Source: Anaerolineae bacterium (GTDB lineage: Bacteria > Chloroflexota > Anaerolineae > Aggregatilineales > Phototrophicaceae). Taken from it: DNA of 30,688 nt. The notes under the pieces were generated by a model. The model did not search any database, was not told the DNA's origin, and was given only the letters and a program-made list of their open reading frames with translations. Below are positions 16,901 through 22,272 of this stretch, piece by piece. The DNA is taken from contig WGEI01000449.1 of assembly GCA_015492875.1 (NCBI GenBank), positions 1 through 30,688 of the forward strand, read 5' to 3'. Position 1 is the first letter of the stretch, and every line of letters starts with the position of its first letter. A program made the translations under genes and the position numbers.

Positions 16901-19864
16901 TGTGCCTGCTGTTGTGAGTTCAGTGAAAGTGCCTCCACTTGGCGCGTTGATTTTGCCGCTGCCGAGTAATTGCACTTGTATCACCCCAGCATTGCTGCCA
17001 GAAATTGACAAGGTCAAATCGCAGAAGCCATCACCTTGTACCGTACAGCTACCTACAGTGAGCTGACCAACTGGATTACCAATGCGGGCAGGTTTATTGA
17101 CTGTGGTCATGCCAGGTCCGCTTAAAGAAACGGTGTAGTCGTTGCTGCCGCCCCAATCATTCCAACTCAGGTTAACGACATCGCCTTGTAGTGCGTCAAT
17201 GTTAAATGTGACCGTGCCGCTGGTGTAGTTAATCGTACGGTAGCGGAGGCCATCCGTATCGTTGTTGCCGTTGTTGCCCGCCGCGACGACGACTGCAATA
17301 CCGGCTTGCCGTGCTTGAGCGATTTCATCGTATAGGTTTTTGTTGCCGCCGGATGGGACGTAGCCTAGTGTACCATCGCCAGGACTGGCAACGACACCCA
17401 AGTCCATAGCGATGATGATGACATCGTAACCTGTCGTGCGCGCCGCATTGACGGCATTGGCCATTTCAACGGTCGCATCAATAATGTCACCATCGTTATC
17501 ATCTGCTTTGAAAAGCCGCACATTAGCATTGGGGGCAATATCGCAAACTACTTCGGCTACTGTGAGGCCGTGTGTGGTATCGCCACTTTGCGGTGTGCCA
17601 TAGACCAATGTGGCGCTATTGACACAACTTTGCTCGGCTGTCAATGTCACAGGATTGCCAAAGCCACGATCGATAATGGCAATATCAACCCCCGTGCCAG
17701 TGAAGCCCCCTAGATGCCATTCATAGACGTTGAGCATATCGAAGGCTTCTGTAGCCGCTGACCCTGCCGGGGCTTCTAATCCACTTGTAGAGGCGGCGCG
17801 CGCTGGTAAGCGGACTGCACCAACTTCGGCTGTGTTGACTAGCGGCACAAATCCCGGAATGGGGATACGGGCAACAATACGGCGCTCGTTAGTATCAAGC
17901 ACCACGCCGCCAGCCGCTTCGGCAATGGCCGCTACTGCTTCGGTTGTGTAGCCATTGGCCGGGTAGATAACCACGCGCACGCGCCCGGTTTCATCAATAT
18001 CTAACCCGTAGCTCTCCGCGATTTCAAAAGCAGTCGCTGGGTCTGATTGGAGGAACTCTGTCACAATAGCCGTGAGCGAGCCATCAAGCTTGACTTCAGT
18101 CTCTGGCGTCAAGCCCATGGGGATGGCCGCCGCGCTTGGTTCAGGTGTGGCTTCAGGCTCTGTTGCGGGCGTGCTGGCCAATTCTGTAATAGCAATATCA
18201 TCCAGCATGATGTTGGATGCGCTATTGGCCACAAAACTTATATCGCCAGCGCTATCATTCAACCCTTCAACAATGAGTTCATCAACACCATTCACATTGA
18301 GCATGGCGTTACCGCCGTTAACGGTGAAGGTAATGGCGTGCCAGCTATTCAAAGCGTGCGCAATGCCGCTTTCGGCCAGAAGTTCGTTCGTCTCGCCCAA
18401 AGCATAGAGGGCGCTGTTATCACTCTCAATTGTCAGCAGGTATCCGCTGCCATCGTTCAGGCGGAAGAAGATACCCAGCCCACTGTCTTCGCCATTGGCC
18501 GCATCAGTGAGGATGTTCAGGCGCGCTGTTAAGGTGAAGTTGCTCAGGCTGAGGGGTTCGTTAAGCCCAAGCGTTGAGTTCGCCGCCATCAGAAGGGCGA
18601 AATTGCTTTCACCGCTATCAACAACATTCCCGCCAGCACCAAGCGCCCAATCCGCGTTCTCATCGTCAAAGTTGATACCAACCTGAACGCCTGTTGCCGT
18701 ATCCTCAGCTGGCATCTCAGCTACAGGGGCTTCAGCGGTGGTTTCTGGTTCAACAGTTGTTTCTGGCTGAATATCAGACTGTTCGGTCGGTTCTGCTGTT
18801 GGCTCAACTGTTGGTTCGGGTGTGGTGATAACTTGCGGCTCATCCAGTTTTTGAATGATGATGTTATCAATATCCACCGCACCGCTGTTGACCGCATCTG
18901 TCGTAAATGAGAAGCTGCCGCTTGTAGCAGTTTCAGTATCTGTGTAGTTAATGCGTGGCGCACCGTCGACGCTTACAGTGATGACATTACCAAGCGCCTG
19001 CACGCTGACCGTATGCCATTCAGGTGCTGCTGTCGGGTCTGGTGTGACTTCTGGCGAAGTCGATGGAGCGGGGGAGTTCGCCAAAACAGTTTCGCCCCGT
19101 ACCAAGCTCACATTGCCCTGTGCATCCAACACAACGGCAAAAGCGGCATTGCTGGCGCGGGCGTCAAGATGTGCTGCCGCACCATTAGCCACTCGTACTT
19201 GAGCCGTCATGGTAAAGTGTGGCCAGTCTAAGCTTAATGCTGCTCGTTGGCTGGGCTGGTCAGTTGTCAGGTAATAATTACCGCTCTCTTCAACAACTGC
19301 CCAACCATCTGTTGCTAACCAGCCGTCACTGTTGCCATCTTGGAAGTCATCGCTGAAAAGCGTAACAACCGGGGTCTCGCTTGGCGCCGGCGTTGTGGGA
19401 ACTGGCTCAGTTGTCGTTTCCGGTTCAACAGTTGGCTCAGTTGTTGTTTCTGGCTCAATCGTTGGCTCTGCGGTGCTCTCCGCTGGTGACGTAGGTTCTG
19501 CCGTGCTTTCTGGCGGCGGCTCTGTTGCAGGTGGAGTAGTTGGCTCTTGTGTAGTCTCCGGCGGAGCAGTTGGAGGAAGCGTATCAGGTTCTTCCGTCGC
19601 TTCTGGAAGCGTTGTTGGAGGAATGGGCGTCGCCGTTGGTGGCGCTTCTTCTGGCGTAGGCGTCGCCGTTGGCGGCAATGGCGTTGCCGTTGGTATAACG
19701 GGCGTCGCCGTAGCGGTTTCAGTAGCAGGTGCTGGCTCTTCTGTGCCTTCTTGCGCCGATACAGCCATACTACCACTAGGGATAATGGCTAGCACAAGGG
19801 CAAGAATGCCCAGCAACCATACAAAAGTAATCGAGTAAGTGTTACGCCGGTGATGAGCTTTCAT
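4928..19864 (-). CDS. Giant (4,978 aa) secreted multidomain S8 serine protease / adhesin-like surface protein
   Basis: Single uninterrupted ORF with a GGAGG RBS. Sec-type signal peptide (basic N-terminus, hydrophobic core, V-S-A|Q at about aa 37). Contains a subtilisin triad, a beta-helix and repeated beta-sandwich modules (see sub-features). Confidence 0.9.
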   Translation of the reverse strand: MKAHHRRNTYSITFVWLLGILALVLAIIPSGSMAVSAQEGTEEPAPATETATATPVIPTATPLPPTATPTPEEAPPTATPIPPTTLPEATEEPDTLPPTAPPETTQEPTTPPATEPPPESTAEPTSPAESTAEPTIEPETTTEPTVEPETTTEPVPTTPAPSETPVVTLFSDDFQDGNSDGWLATDGWAVVEESGNYYLTTDQPSQRAALSLDWPHFTMTAQVRVANGAAAHLDARASNAAFAVVLDAQGNVSLVRGETVLANSPAPSTSPEVTPDPTAAPEWHTVSVQALGNVITVSVDGAPRINYTDTETATSGSFSFTTDAVNSGAVDIDNIIIQKLDEPQVITTPEPTVEPTAEPTEQSDIQPETTVEPETTAEAPVAEMPAEDTATGVQVGINFDDENADWALGAGGNVVDSGESNFALLMAANSTLGLNEPLSLSNFTLTARLNILTDAANGEDSGLGIFFRLNDGSGYLLTIESDNSALYALGETNELLAESGIAHALNSWHAITFTVNGGNAMLNVNGVDELIVEGLNDSAGDISFVANSASNIMLDDIAITELASTPATEPEATPEPSAAAIPMGLTPETEVKLDGSLTAIVTEFLQSDPATAFEIAESYGLDIDETGRVRVVIYPANGYTTEAVAAIAEAAGGVVLDTNERRIVARIPIPGFVPLVNTAEVGAVRLPARAASTSGLEAPAGSAATEAFDMLNVYEWHLGGFTGTGVDIAIIDRGFGNPVTLTAEQSCVNSATLVYGTPQSGDTTHGLTVAEVVCDIAPNANVRLFKADDNDGDIIDATVEMANAVNAARTTGYDVIIIAMDLGVVASPGDGTLGYVPSGGNKNLYDEIAQARQAGIAVVVAAGNNGNNDTDGLRYRTINYTSGTVTFNIDALQGDVVNLSWNDWGGSNDYTVSLSGPGMTTVNKPARIGNPVGQLTVGSCTVQGDGFCDLTLSISGSNAGVIQVQLLGSGKINAPSGGTFTELTTAGTLGRPADSREAITVGAVCASPDDNYPVYEYSSRGPVFGAGGSAPTDTPPYSQNEVKPEIVGPTYVSTVSTGSPTSNCVGGFNGTSAAAAHIGGIIALMKQNNSNMPQFSTGGSAAVDAIEDYLMGHSFDMPFGSSADGFDMVYGAGFAVLGSPTYDLSQISHPAVPDNAPAACTGFIYVSQDLGTLGNSVPNGSEATPYTSIGQAVNNASAGDCIIVGPGEWATPLYFNGAPAVNVYSYDSVTSADNADSIMPVMNTYLDSDVAGVYIKNGTTAFGFHGFTFRIPQRLDFFVPTARPILVDASDDASLMYHNFSSMNDVIYPMISVINSSDGVIISYNTFNGLTGSTLNSPTIQVTNSGVSANPVEIRNNTFSNNTHTNSSRPIISGSLFFKGLLALENSAVDVVNNAFVGNNIDSLIRISTGSAADTTPVRVVGNVILNNTTAIDAGTPGPLFSLYFVRAFHFVNNTLAHNNLSASGVEFGAVILRGDADDSTTGNSNNYGSINNAPWEFHNNLLTDNQIPGGLVLVRDVPDNLCQNLNGTNNQGATNNWIWDWDGLFTTGEGGVCHTTIADGSNNGLNGNIVNVDPEPGTDPNDNRFVGPLLSLNALTDPLYYQLRRLSPTFLNEGVETGNTAVYDALISAGLDYSRDYADNVRKQDSDLDTNLDIDIGAFEFVPLRIKSGEDNVVLPDIIEDNVPYVSHELGQHVEGGFGSLTFSLAVSPDNYGVDCPLPPGTPTGVNYSNSNGVIIIGSTAYYCPPAHFFTDTGASNVGWADTTGVPPDVTFDYQAIDSIGALAQGTLTIVIRPSTTDDDTTLSSPVWDGVSSNEFSAAGIMNTTIQFNLRPFFTTDNFFLSDSSATDKRQFPFTYSQLDWADNELGAGNAGDDPATLFTNLGSAVNTATGEVSLTPVADAAGMTVLHYTVTDSNPANGNAGATIDMYVRVRIVSDIPDEGLHDDSSFAFSYSGTGWKPIYSDTGINNTLHETRINGDQATFRFIGAGFTLYMEGLPSGAGEWQLDIRDSGGGSNIPNWTVGANGESTATLTIDALPVTCSTYAATNGNVLINSRVTNGATQSSTGERTVLGYTVTCNGLNDVTVHTVVITNNPNGTAGANGPKLQVDAFSIIPSASANADPLAPGFYDVSSGELIDMFTAAGNWTELTDAKATGGLARTTTDANADLTFQITGATGFAIGTILEDIGLDGTGATYNVCVTGTGVDICQRYDNALGAAKATTYKVFRPFNGLQAFDSNGDPITYTVTIDVLSVPTGERMFIDSITVFNDPLQPMGFGETDVAELDKFIFNNGLDDSWALNFAGRAPYDTVAALNRGVIAAGPAVTFEIPNAADTFYVYHQSNFRLDSQNLMVCVDRAVDSSTQAGNCVVVNMRQNPETISGTYQYQQVQADGTFSPVNDTIMQPVYGSMVFTESMFRSAWASSGNHVVEIFSLTNEKFSVDRVAVQDTSAALPTGLFEEFSEDIYFFGTTGFGTPSPTYTIGGDAFSQVESRFATRASGKGMMETQTVGDGIIFGFQGTAAEILFEFNNKADAVLICVYSGDLLSDGAQASDVNTVLNSGACHIENNESARLVSQGRRFVGPFEYGNFTVVVQMLDDDYAPKAHTGAKAPVTMRFDGVRVYDTPWLNTSNWNDTSNLNILSTGMAYDFNYTNRDADKNFLYFGNWSTANQRGALNGKVDTPGRGGAPGATVAFRTDGGDAIIINRNTRRAYTPFLICAAPVSGGPLSVDLSQQRCQVINNDGGTATAQPVSFKFNESGNTGPHIVSITLLTTGSAGLDSVEVVDSSSPLTEGQHDSTNPAIIYQTGSNDLVRNGKMEVDGHWSEIGGLPATSNVYSGLRYEGARGRQVVATAAGQGIQSEDFQLQNGKMYTVIARVNIASGAVGTVQMSVSGTTVYDATADNTITGKWQTLVVRAASDISGTAQIQFTASGGVVTFTVDDVHIIESGTWQQRVNTRSYYGGSVMTSYSYGAEVRFEFTGTAAEIGMITENIGGEVEICYTDSVDYGANGLQNANCATYDNESARPSYTTSRFVGPLPSNTYTIVIRDVENGYSSLVRNNTVAARNNRRSIGQIAIDYVRVYNSALPPAISAPGTYEDTAVDGSGNRYLQGLPAELWGTVEGRFARNYSESSFFSLRDSRGAAIRTYAGPTAVMQVNVPSTDGVILVLHTGPASRTNTKTVQVCVDDTSGAMSYNGTGYDYNDAADNCADFLTDLGTQSQVVVSKSDIPALGVVGNHVVTVRALTPGVLPIDRVQVIHGTALAAGYFEESVGNGLTTDGNNDIFELSNTGTWDTVSSRTYSGGQALVNTTAGASVQFSLQNATGFTFVTEFGKTGGNLQVQITQTSGTDCCFSTTQTVSTNNTRTVSGTSGITFSGLPEGNYDVTITNQTSAKLVVDAVQVYGALSVLGSLYDDQQRDANNALILTYGPDNNSWSFTSGTRARGYLNQTYALTDDYGASISFVAGDGTKEIAGIVLHYGTASTSDTVEVCWTQIDNANVVQERTCATHNLADKAGKQQIAVPAGSIANNPTDHYAISITNLKHGGRIYFDAVQILEAGVLAEGIYQQDDASLTFNNATQVSMTQASNKLVQQISPSGYVEFDMEGIGFSVVLVESSTTSGSYTVCVSAQGNNDCADINETVNNSASSTALQQVGLTYMGLHGDAAGNNGSYTVRITNTDGSKVLNVDRVEVLGADSTLRINAVEPVDNTDPRLQYFPFGSLTEVVERRPLSFNGSQHQGNMRGSVAYFEFTGEPDFEYIRQVNKQFGQARVCFGVIGTDTTKDAIDNSQCVTVNNQTGVAADYNQSAAIDTGAVDCVANACWVTIENTDGRKLLVDVVRLVDSNDPLPEGIYQNNHANIMAFDGNLSATTNTEIAYRGAYGGTVFNTKDINGGVLFQLQGSGFAAHLRADRNADLIRVCVDDTATTDASTVISNGICQVFNTESRANYDFAATILGLNPATTYTAVVQLLNEDYITAPHAAGALKMDFDYVEVFGSDLNATTLNQLTPGQRYEGNYNNRNVDNNFMYVGDNWSTLSGRAASRHSGQNIDQIRRTTSSGSSVIFRTNNADAVTIYRASSRNYAPLLVCAISEADRTDRTCSIIENNGVGNQAGFTLHYNTGAGTGPHIVTVTALTNGAVMFDAVEPAVAGVLSAGLHDEFTPGIQYNAAYNNVLPNGGMEGDELWNSLGATVNSRWTNPKYIGRYSRKVDVSTALQGIESASFTLEAGKTYTVTGWVYISSGTQVTAQLANSGSPIGGASATSTNGIVNKWQQLRFEYTPSSTISNATLQIVATNGATLFYVDGFAVAEGGSWAQVFHTRNYYGGSIMQSSTPGASVTFAFQGTGAMVGMPIDRNGGDTEICVDDDATFDETSETGNAQTCIIYQNEEARPTPTVTRLVAAGLPNGTYYVRIRDVEDGVSVLGRNQDDPRLNRYAVGRLSIDFVQVFDDAAPPDSAPGFYNEDAVDGSGTSFLQVLPENRWSQITGRAAKKDSGQSRYAVVDDNNRARNTYAGPTAVISVNVPSGVSSYTVVVDTSSTSRQNSQWLLVCADNLSGTVAWDRATRTFSIANATNCTLTDAMQTSGQVMVDLASLLGGSLSGQHKIILTTLSKGFFNIDGYQVISNNVLSEGLYNEFLPDTVLNFNASGGTALNPDTGRNCDLNTEWCSRKDNRANGALAAETKEIGATLDFTINGTGWSILTRVDGAGADFMVCYRKVGGDPFPASYSDFQTTPGYFSGQNYIGSIASGDVWCDVVSANNNARNSNWTDLNPGRLLPRGTLQQYGFAFYGLPADTYDVQIRNLGDTVGGASGRTLWIDAIVVFGDASDTTLTGGFYDDTTAGLDFAPFELWTTTTSRQAPPRGPYNLIQHTTSNAGAVMQAYVSGNAITVYQQMDARGSSNINACLVLVEGVYMHCGGEQYTTDNKPATPTLTSDFSQRGRRTYFTPIVFYGFGEGNHLVIFENQEPGRNFTIDAINVWP
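4931..14055 (-). repeat. About 17 tandem jelly-roll (galactose-binding-like) modules within the giant protein
   Basis: Recurrent module start L-x-x-G-x-(Y/F/H)-(D/E/N/Q) near 14050, 13490, 13040, 12505, 11940, 11495, 10590, 10080, 9640, 9185, 8750, 8325, 7845, 7410, 6500, 5985 and 5378. Internal motif (A/V)xFxFxG(T/A)G(F/W); module end (I/V)D(A/R/Y)(V/I)xV. Confidence 0.7.
14060..14860 (-). other. Ig/cadherin-like domains within the giant protein
   Basis: IIEDN...TFDYQAIDSIGALAQGTLTIVIRP and VSLTPVADAAGMTVLHYTVTD...ATIDMYVRV resemble bacterial cadherin/Big-type strands. Confidence 0.5.
14870..16390 (-). other. Right-handed parallel beta-helix (pectin-lyase-like fold) within the giant protein
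   Basis: Typical cap FIYVS...GSEATPYTSIGQAVNNASAGDCIIVGPGEW. Asn-rich coils (IISYNTF, IRNNTFSNN, VVNNAFVGN, FVNNTLAHN, FHNNLL). Terminal DIDIGAFEF resembles the choice-of-anchor Q ending. Confidence 0.75.
16460..18100 (-). other. Prodomain plus subtilisin-family (S8) peptidase domain within the giant protein
   Basis: Asp in VDIAIIDRGF (~17670), His in DTTHGLTVA (~17571), oxyanion Asn in VAAGN (~17275), Ser in FNGTSAAAAH (~16650). Also SSRGP, KPEIVGP and YGAG. Prodomain-like segment KLDGSL...GRVRVVI...AEVGAVRLP lies upstream. Confidence 0.92.
18180..19365 (-). other. Two concanavalin/DUF1080-like beta-sandwich domains separated by a PTE linker
   Basis: LFSDDFQDGNSDGW...EWHTVSVQALGNVITVSVDG...DIDNIII and INFDD...W...SWHAITFTVNGGNAMLNVNG...MLDDIAI. 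Confidence 0.6.
19370..19750 (-). repeat. Pro/Thr/Glu-rich low-complexity stalk (PTATP and EPTVEPETTT repeats)
   Basis: GGCGTCGCCGTTGG-like units at 19626, 19659, 19680 and 19701. A 30-nt tandem unit at 19404-19463. A similar linker lies at about 18690-18845. Confidence 0.85.
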
Positions 19865-20069
19865 GATATGAACCCCTCCAAATTAACTGTCCGGCTGGTG
19901 ATAAGCAGCAAACCACGACACAGATAATTGACCGGTCGCGGTGGCCGTGCACTTGCACAATGTTGCGATGTAGATAATTGCTTTACTCTCAAATCACTAT
20001 ACACCATCTCAAATGAATTAGTGTTAAGCTACAAGGGATACCGCCGAGAATAGGAAAAAGATACGGGAT

Positions 20070-20100
20070 GAGAAAATAAAAAACCGGTAAAAACCGGTTA
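20070..20100 (-). terminator. Intrinsic terminator after the DUF2344 gene
   Basis: Minus strand TAACCGGT-TTTT-ACCGGTT followed by TTTTATTTTC. The 7-bp stem begins inside the stop codon. Confidence 0.6.
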
Positions 20101-20775
20101 ACTTTTCGTTTCTTCTGCAAGGTGGAGGCGGTATCTGTGGATGGTGAAGTAGCTTTCTGCTAGTCCTAAAAGCTCCAACAGTTTTTCTGGTCGCATATTC
20201 CCCACATTACCCACCGAAAGATGCGCAATGAGCGTCTGCTCATCTTCCATGCGTAACTCATGGATAAGGGGGCGCAAATCCACTTGAATACGTTTTTCTC
20301 GGCGTTTACGCTTCTTTATCCGCTCAACGATGATCGTGTCCTGCGCTAGCATGTCGCTGATTTTTTCTTTTAGCACTTCACTATCAATTGGCTCTTTGAA
20401 TTCGATGCGATATTCTGCGCTACGTACTAAGGTTTGTAAAGCTGCCCCATCAATGGGGACTGATTCGATACGGTAAATTTCCAGACCGCTGGGGCTAGTG
20501 GCGAGCAGGCGCTCTTTCAACCCAGCAAGCTCAATGGGTTCTTTAAGCGCAACATCGATGATTTCACATTCACTAGTGATACCCAATGGCAGGGCAGAGG
20601 CAAGTTGAATTCTGGGACGTGTGTTGAATCCCTCCGTATACAGTAGTGGGAGGTTGGCGCGGCGCAAAACACGCTCCCATGTTTTTGCGATGTCGAGATT
20701 GCCCGTATACTTCATAGGGCCGCTTTTGCCAAAGTGTATGCGTAGCCGCTGTTTAACCGGTGATATATGTGACAT
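20098..20775 (-). CDS. Radical SAM-associated protein, TIGR03936/DUF2344-like
   Basis: RLRIHFGKSGPMKYTGNLDIAKTWERVLRRANLPLLYTEGFNTRPRIQLASALPLGITSECE...VDLRP...RPE matches the DUF2344 consensus pattern. Confidence 0.88.
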   Translation of the reverse strand: MSHISPVKQRLRIHFGKSGPMKYTGNLDIAKTWERVLRRANLPLLYTEGFNTRPRIQLASALPLGITSECEIIDVALKEPIELAGLKERLLATSPSGLEIYRIESVPIDGAALQTLVRSAEYRIEFKEPIDSEVLKEKISDMLAQDTIIVERIKKRKRREKRIQVDLRPLIHELRMEDEQTLIAHLSVGNVGNMRPEKLLELLGLAESYFTIHRYRLHLAEETKS

Positions 20776-20854
20776 TTGTTCGCCTTATGCTACCATCTAA
20801 TATCTCGATGCGGTACAATAATTAAAACATTTGTCGGGTAATCTGAGAAGAGTG

Positions 20855-21319
20855 ATGACATCATCTACACCGCGTAAACGCCCAGATGCTATGCGAGAAC
20901 ATCGCTATGAAGTGCGGCGGCAAATTTTACTGCCTTTCGCCCTAGTAGGTGGTGTCGTTCTAACTGTTTTGGTGATAACGTTATTATTGCCCCAACGGGC
21001 ACAAGTCTCGCTGATAGCGGATTTATTGCTAACTTTGCTGGTTTTATGCCCAATTGTGCTATGTTTGTTCCCGCTGATGGTGGCTTTATGGGTTGCGGTA
21101 TTCGGCCTCAACCACGTTCATCGTGGTATAGCATCGGGAATGCAACGTATAGAAGACATCACTTTATCGTTGGTAGAACGCTCTACGGCATTTTCTCAAA
21201 TGGTTGAACAACGTTTCGCTGTTTTAGGCCAATACCTCGCACGGTTTAGCCGAGTTTTGAAAGTGTTTGACCCGCCAGAAGAAGATTCTGAGGATGGAGT
21301 AGCTCATGACCGAGATTAG
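20855..21319 (+). CDS. Hypothetical membrane protein (2-3 TM plus helical tail)
   Basis: Hydrophobic stretches ILLPFALVGGVVLTVLVITLLL and LIADLLLTLLVLCPIVLCLFPLMVALWVAVFGL. Start uncertain (TTG 20831, ATG 20855 or later). Overlaps the next gene by 14 nt. Confidence 0.65.
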   Translation: MTSSTPRKRPDAMREHRYEVRRQILLPFALVGGVVLTVLVITLLLPQRAQVSLIADLLLTLLVLCPIVLCLFPLMVALWVAVFGLNHVHRGIASGMQRIEDITLSLVERSTAFSQMVEQRFAVLGQYLARFSRVLKVFDPPEEDSEDGVAHDRD

Positions 21320-21575
21320 CCCAGAAGATAGCAATGTCCAAATTCTTGTCGATAATCCTACAGCTTCAGAATGGAAGCGTAACACCTATATGTTTGGCGC
21401 ATTTTTAGGGGCGGTTTTTGGTATTTTAGCCGCATATTTTTATGCCCGCGCCGCTGAAGAAGAAGTGCAGCGAACAGGGCGTAAAAGCGCTGTGCCAACA
21501 CGCCAAATTTTGGGCTTAGGGGTGTCTGCATTAACGCTCATTCGCCAAATCACCGAAATGGGAAAGTCTAAATAA
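21306..21575 (+). CDS. Small membrane protein, YtxH-like glycine-rich TM
   Basis: GGAG RBS; YMFGAFLGAVFGILAAYFYARAAEE; stop 2 nt before the SRAP ATG. Confidence 0.65.
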   Translation: MTEISPEDSNVQILVDNPTASEWKRNTYMFGAFLGAVFGILAAYFYARAAEEEVQRTGRKSAVPTRQILGLGVSALTLIRQITEMGKSK

Positions 21576-21577
21576 AT

Positions 21578-22267
21578 ATGTGCGGGCGATTTTCATTGAC
21601 AACGGACTTGAATAAACTTCAACAAAGCTTCAATTTAGACGAAGTGCCGCCTGTGTTTGCGCCGCGCTACAATATCGCCCCTTCACAGCCCGTTGCCGTT
21701 ATCGCTAATGACAACCCCAAAAAACTCACCTTTTTCAAGTGGGGGCTAGTACCTTCGTGGGCAAAAGACCCGCAGATTGGCAGCAAAATGATCAATGCCC
21801 GTGCCGAAACTTTAGAGGAAAAGCCCTCGTTCCGCGCCGCTTTTAAGCGTCGCCGCTGTCTCATCCCCGCTGACGGGTTCTTTGAGTGGGCGAAGCGCAA
21901 TGGCGATAAAGTACCCATATATATCCGCATGAAAGACCATCGCCCATTTGCTTTTGCTGGCTTATGGGAAACTTGGTTTGGGCCAGAGGGGGAAGAAATA
22001 CGCACTTGTACAATTATCACAACAACACCCAATGAAGTGCTTCGCCAATTTCACCATCGTATGGCCGTCATACTCTCCCCACAAGATTACGAAACTTGGC
22101 TATCACCAGATGAATTGCCAGCAGATACGCTAAAACCGCTTTTACAACCCTATTCGGGCGATGATATGGAAGCTTACGAGGTGTCGCGTTTGGTGAATAG
22201 CCCCGCCAATGACACACCAGAGTGTATCCAGCCTTATGAGCCACCAGCGCAACGGTTGTTATTGTGA
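21578..22267 (+). CDS. SOS response-associated peptidase (SRAP/YedK/HMCES family, abasic-site crosslinking protein)
   Basis: MCGRF N-terminus (catalytic Cys2), RYNIAPSQ, WGLVPSW, INARAET, RRCLIPADGFFEW, AFAGLW, HHRMAVIL, VSRLVNSP. Confidence 0.96.
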   Translation: MCGRFSLTTDLNKLQQSFNLDEVPPVFAPRYNIAPSQPVAVIANDNPKKLTFFKWGLVPSWAKDPQIGSKMINARAETLEEKPSFRAAFKRRRCLIPADGFFEWAKRNGDKVPIYIRMKDHRPFAFAGLWETWFGPEGEEIRTCTIITTTPNEVLRQFHHRMAVILSPQDYETWLSPDELPADTLKPLLQPYSGDDMEAYEVSRLVNSPANDTPECIQPYEPPAQRLLL

Positions 22268-22272
22268 GCGGG

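Noticed and set aside
4883-19231. The many 60-180 aa ORFs antisense or off-frame to the giant gene
   Set aside because: No RBS or recognisable motifs. Such ORFs are expected opposite a long GC-rich coding frame.
19315-19838. Alternative-frame ORFs (19315..19776 -, 19332..19838 +, 19547..19792 +) and the tandem units there as a CRISPR or separate gene
   Set aside because: They are shadows of the low-complexity PTE stalk. The units are degenerate, in frame, have no unique spacers, and no cas genes are present.
4928-19864. Giant gene as an RTX, RHS, NRPS/PKS or two-partner secretion toxin
   Set aside because: No GGxGxD nonapeptides, YD repeats, adenylation/KS motifs or TPS domain, and no cognate transporter or immunity gene nearby.
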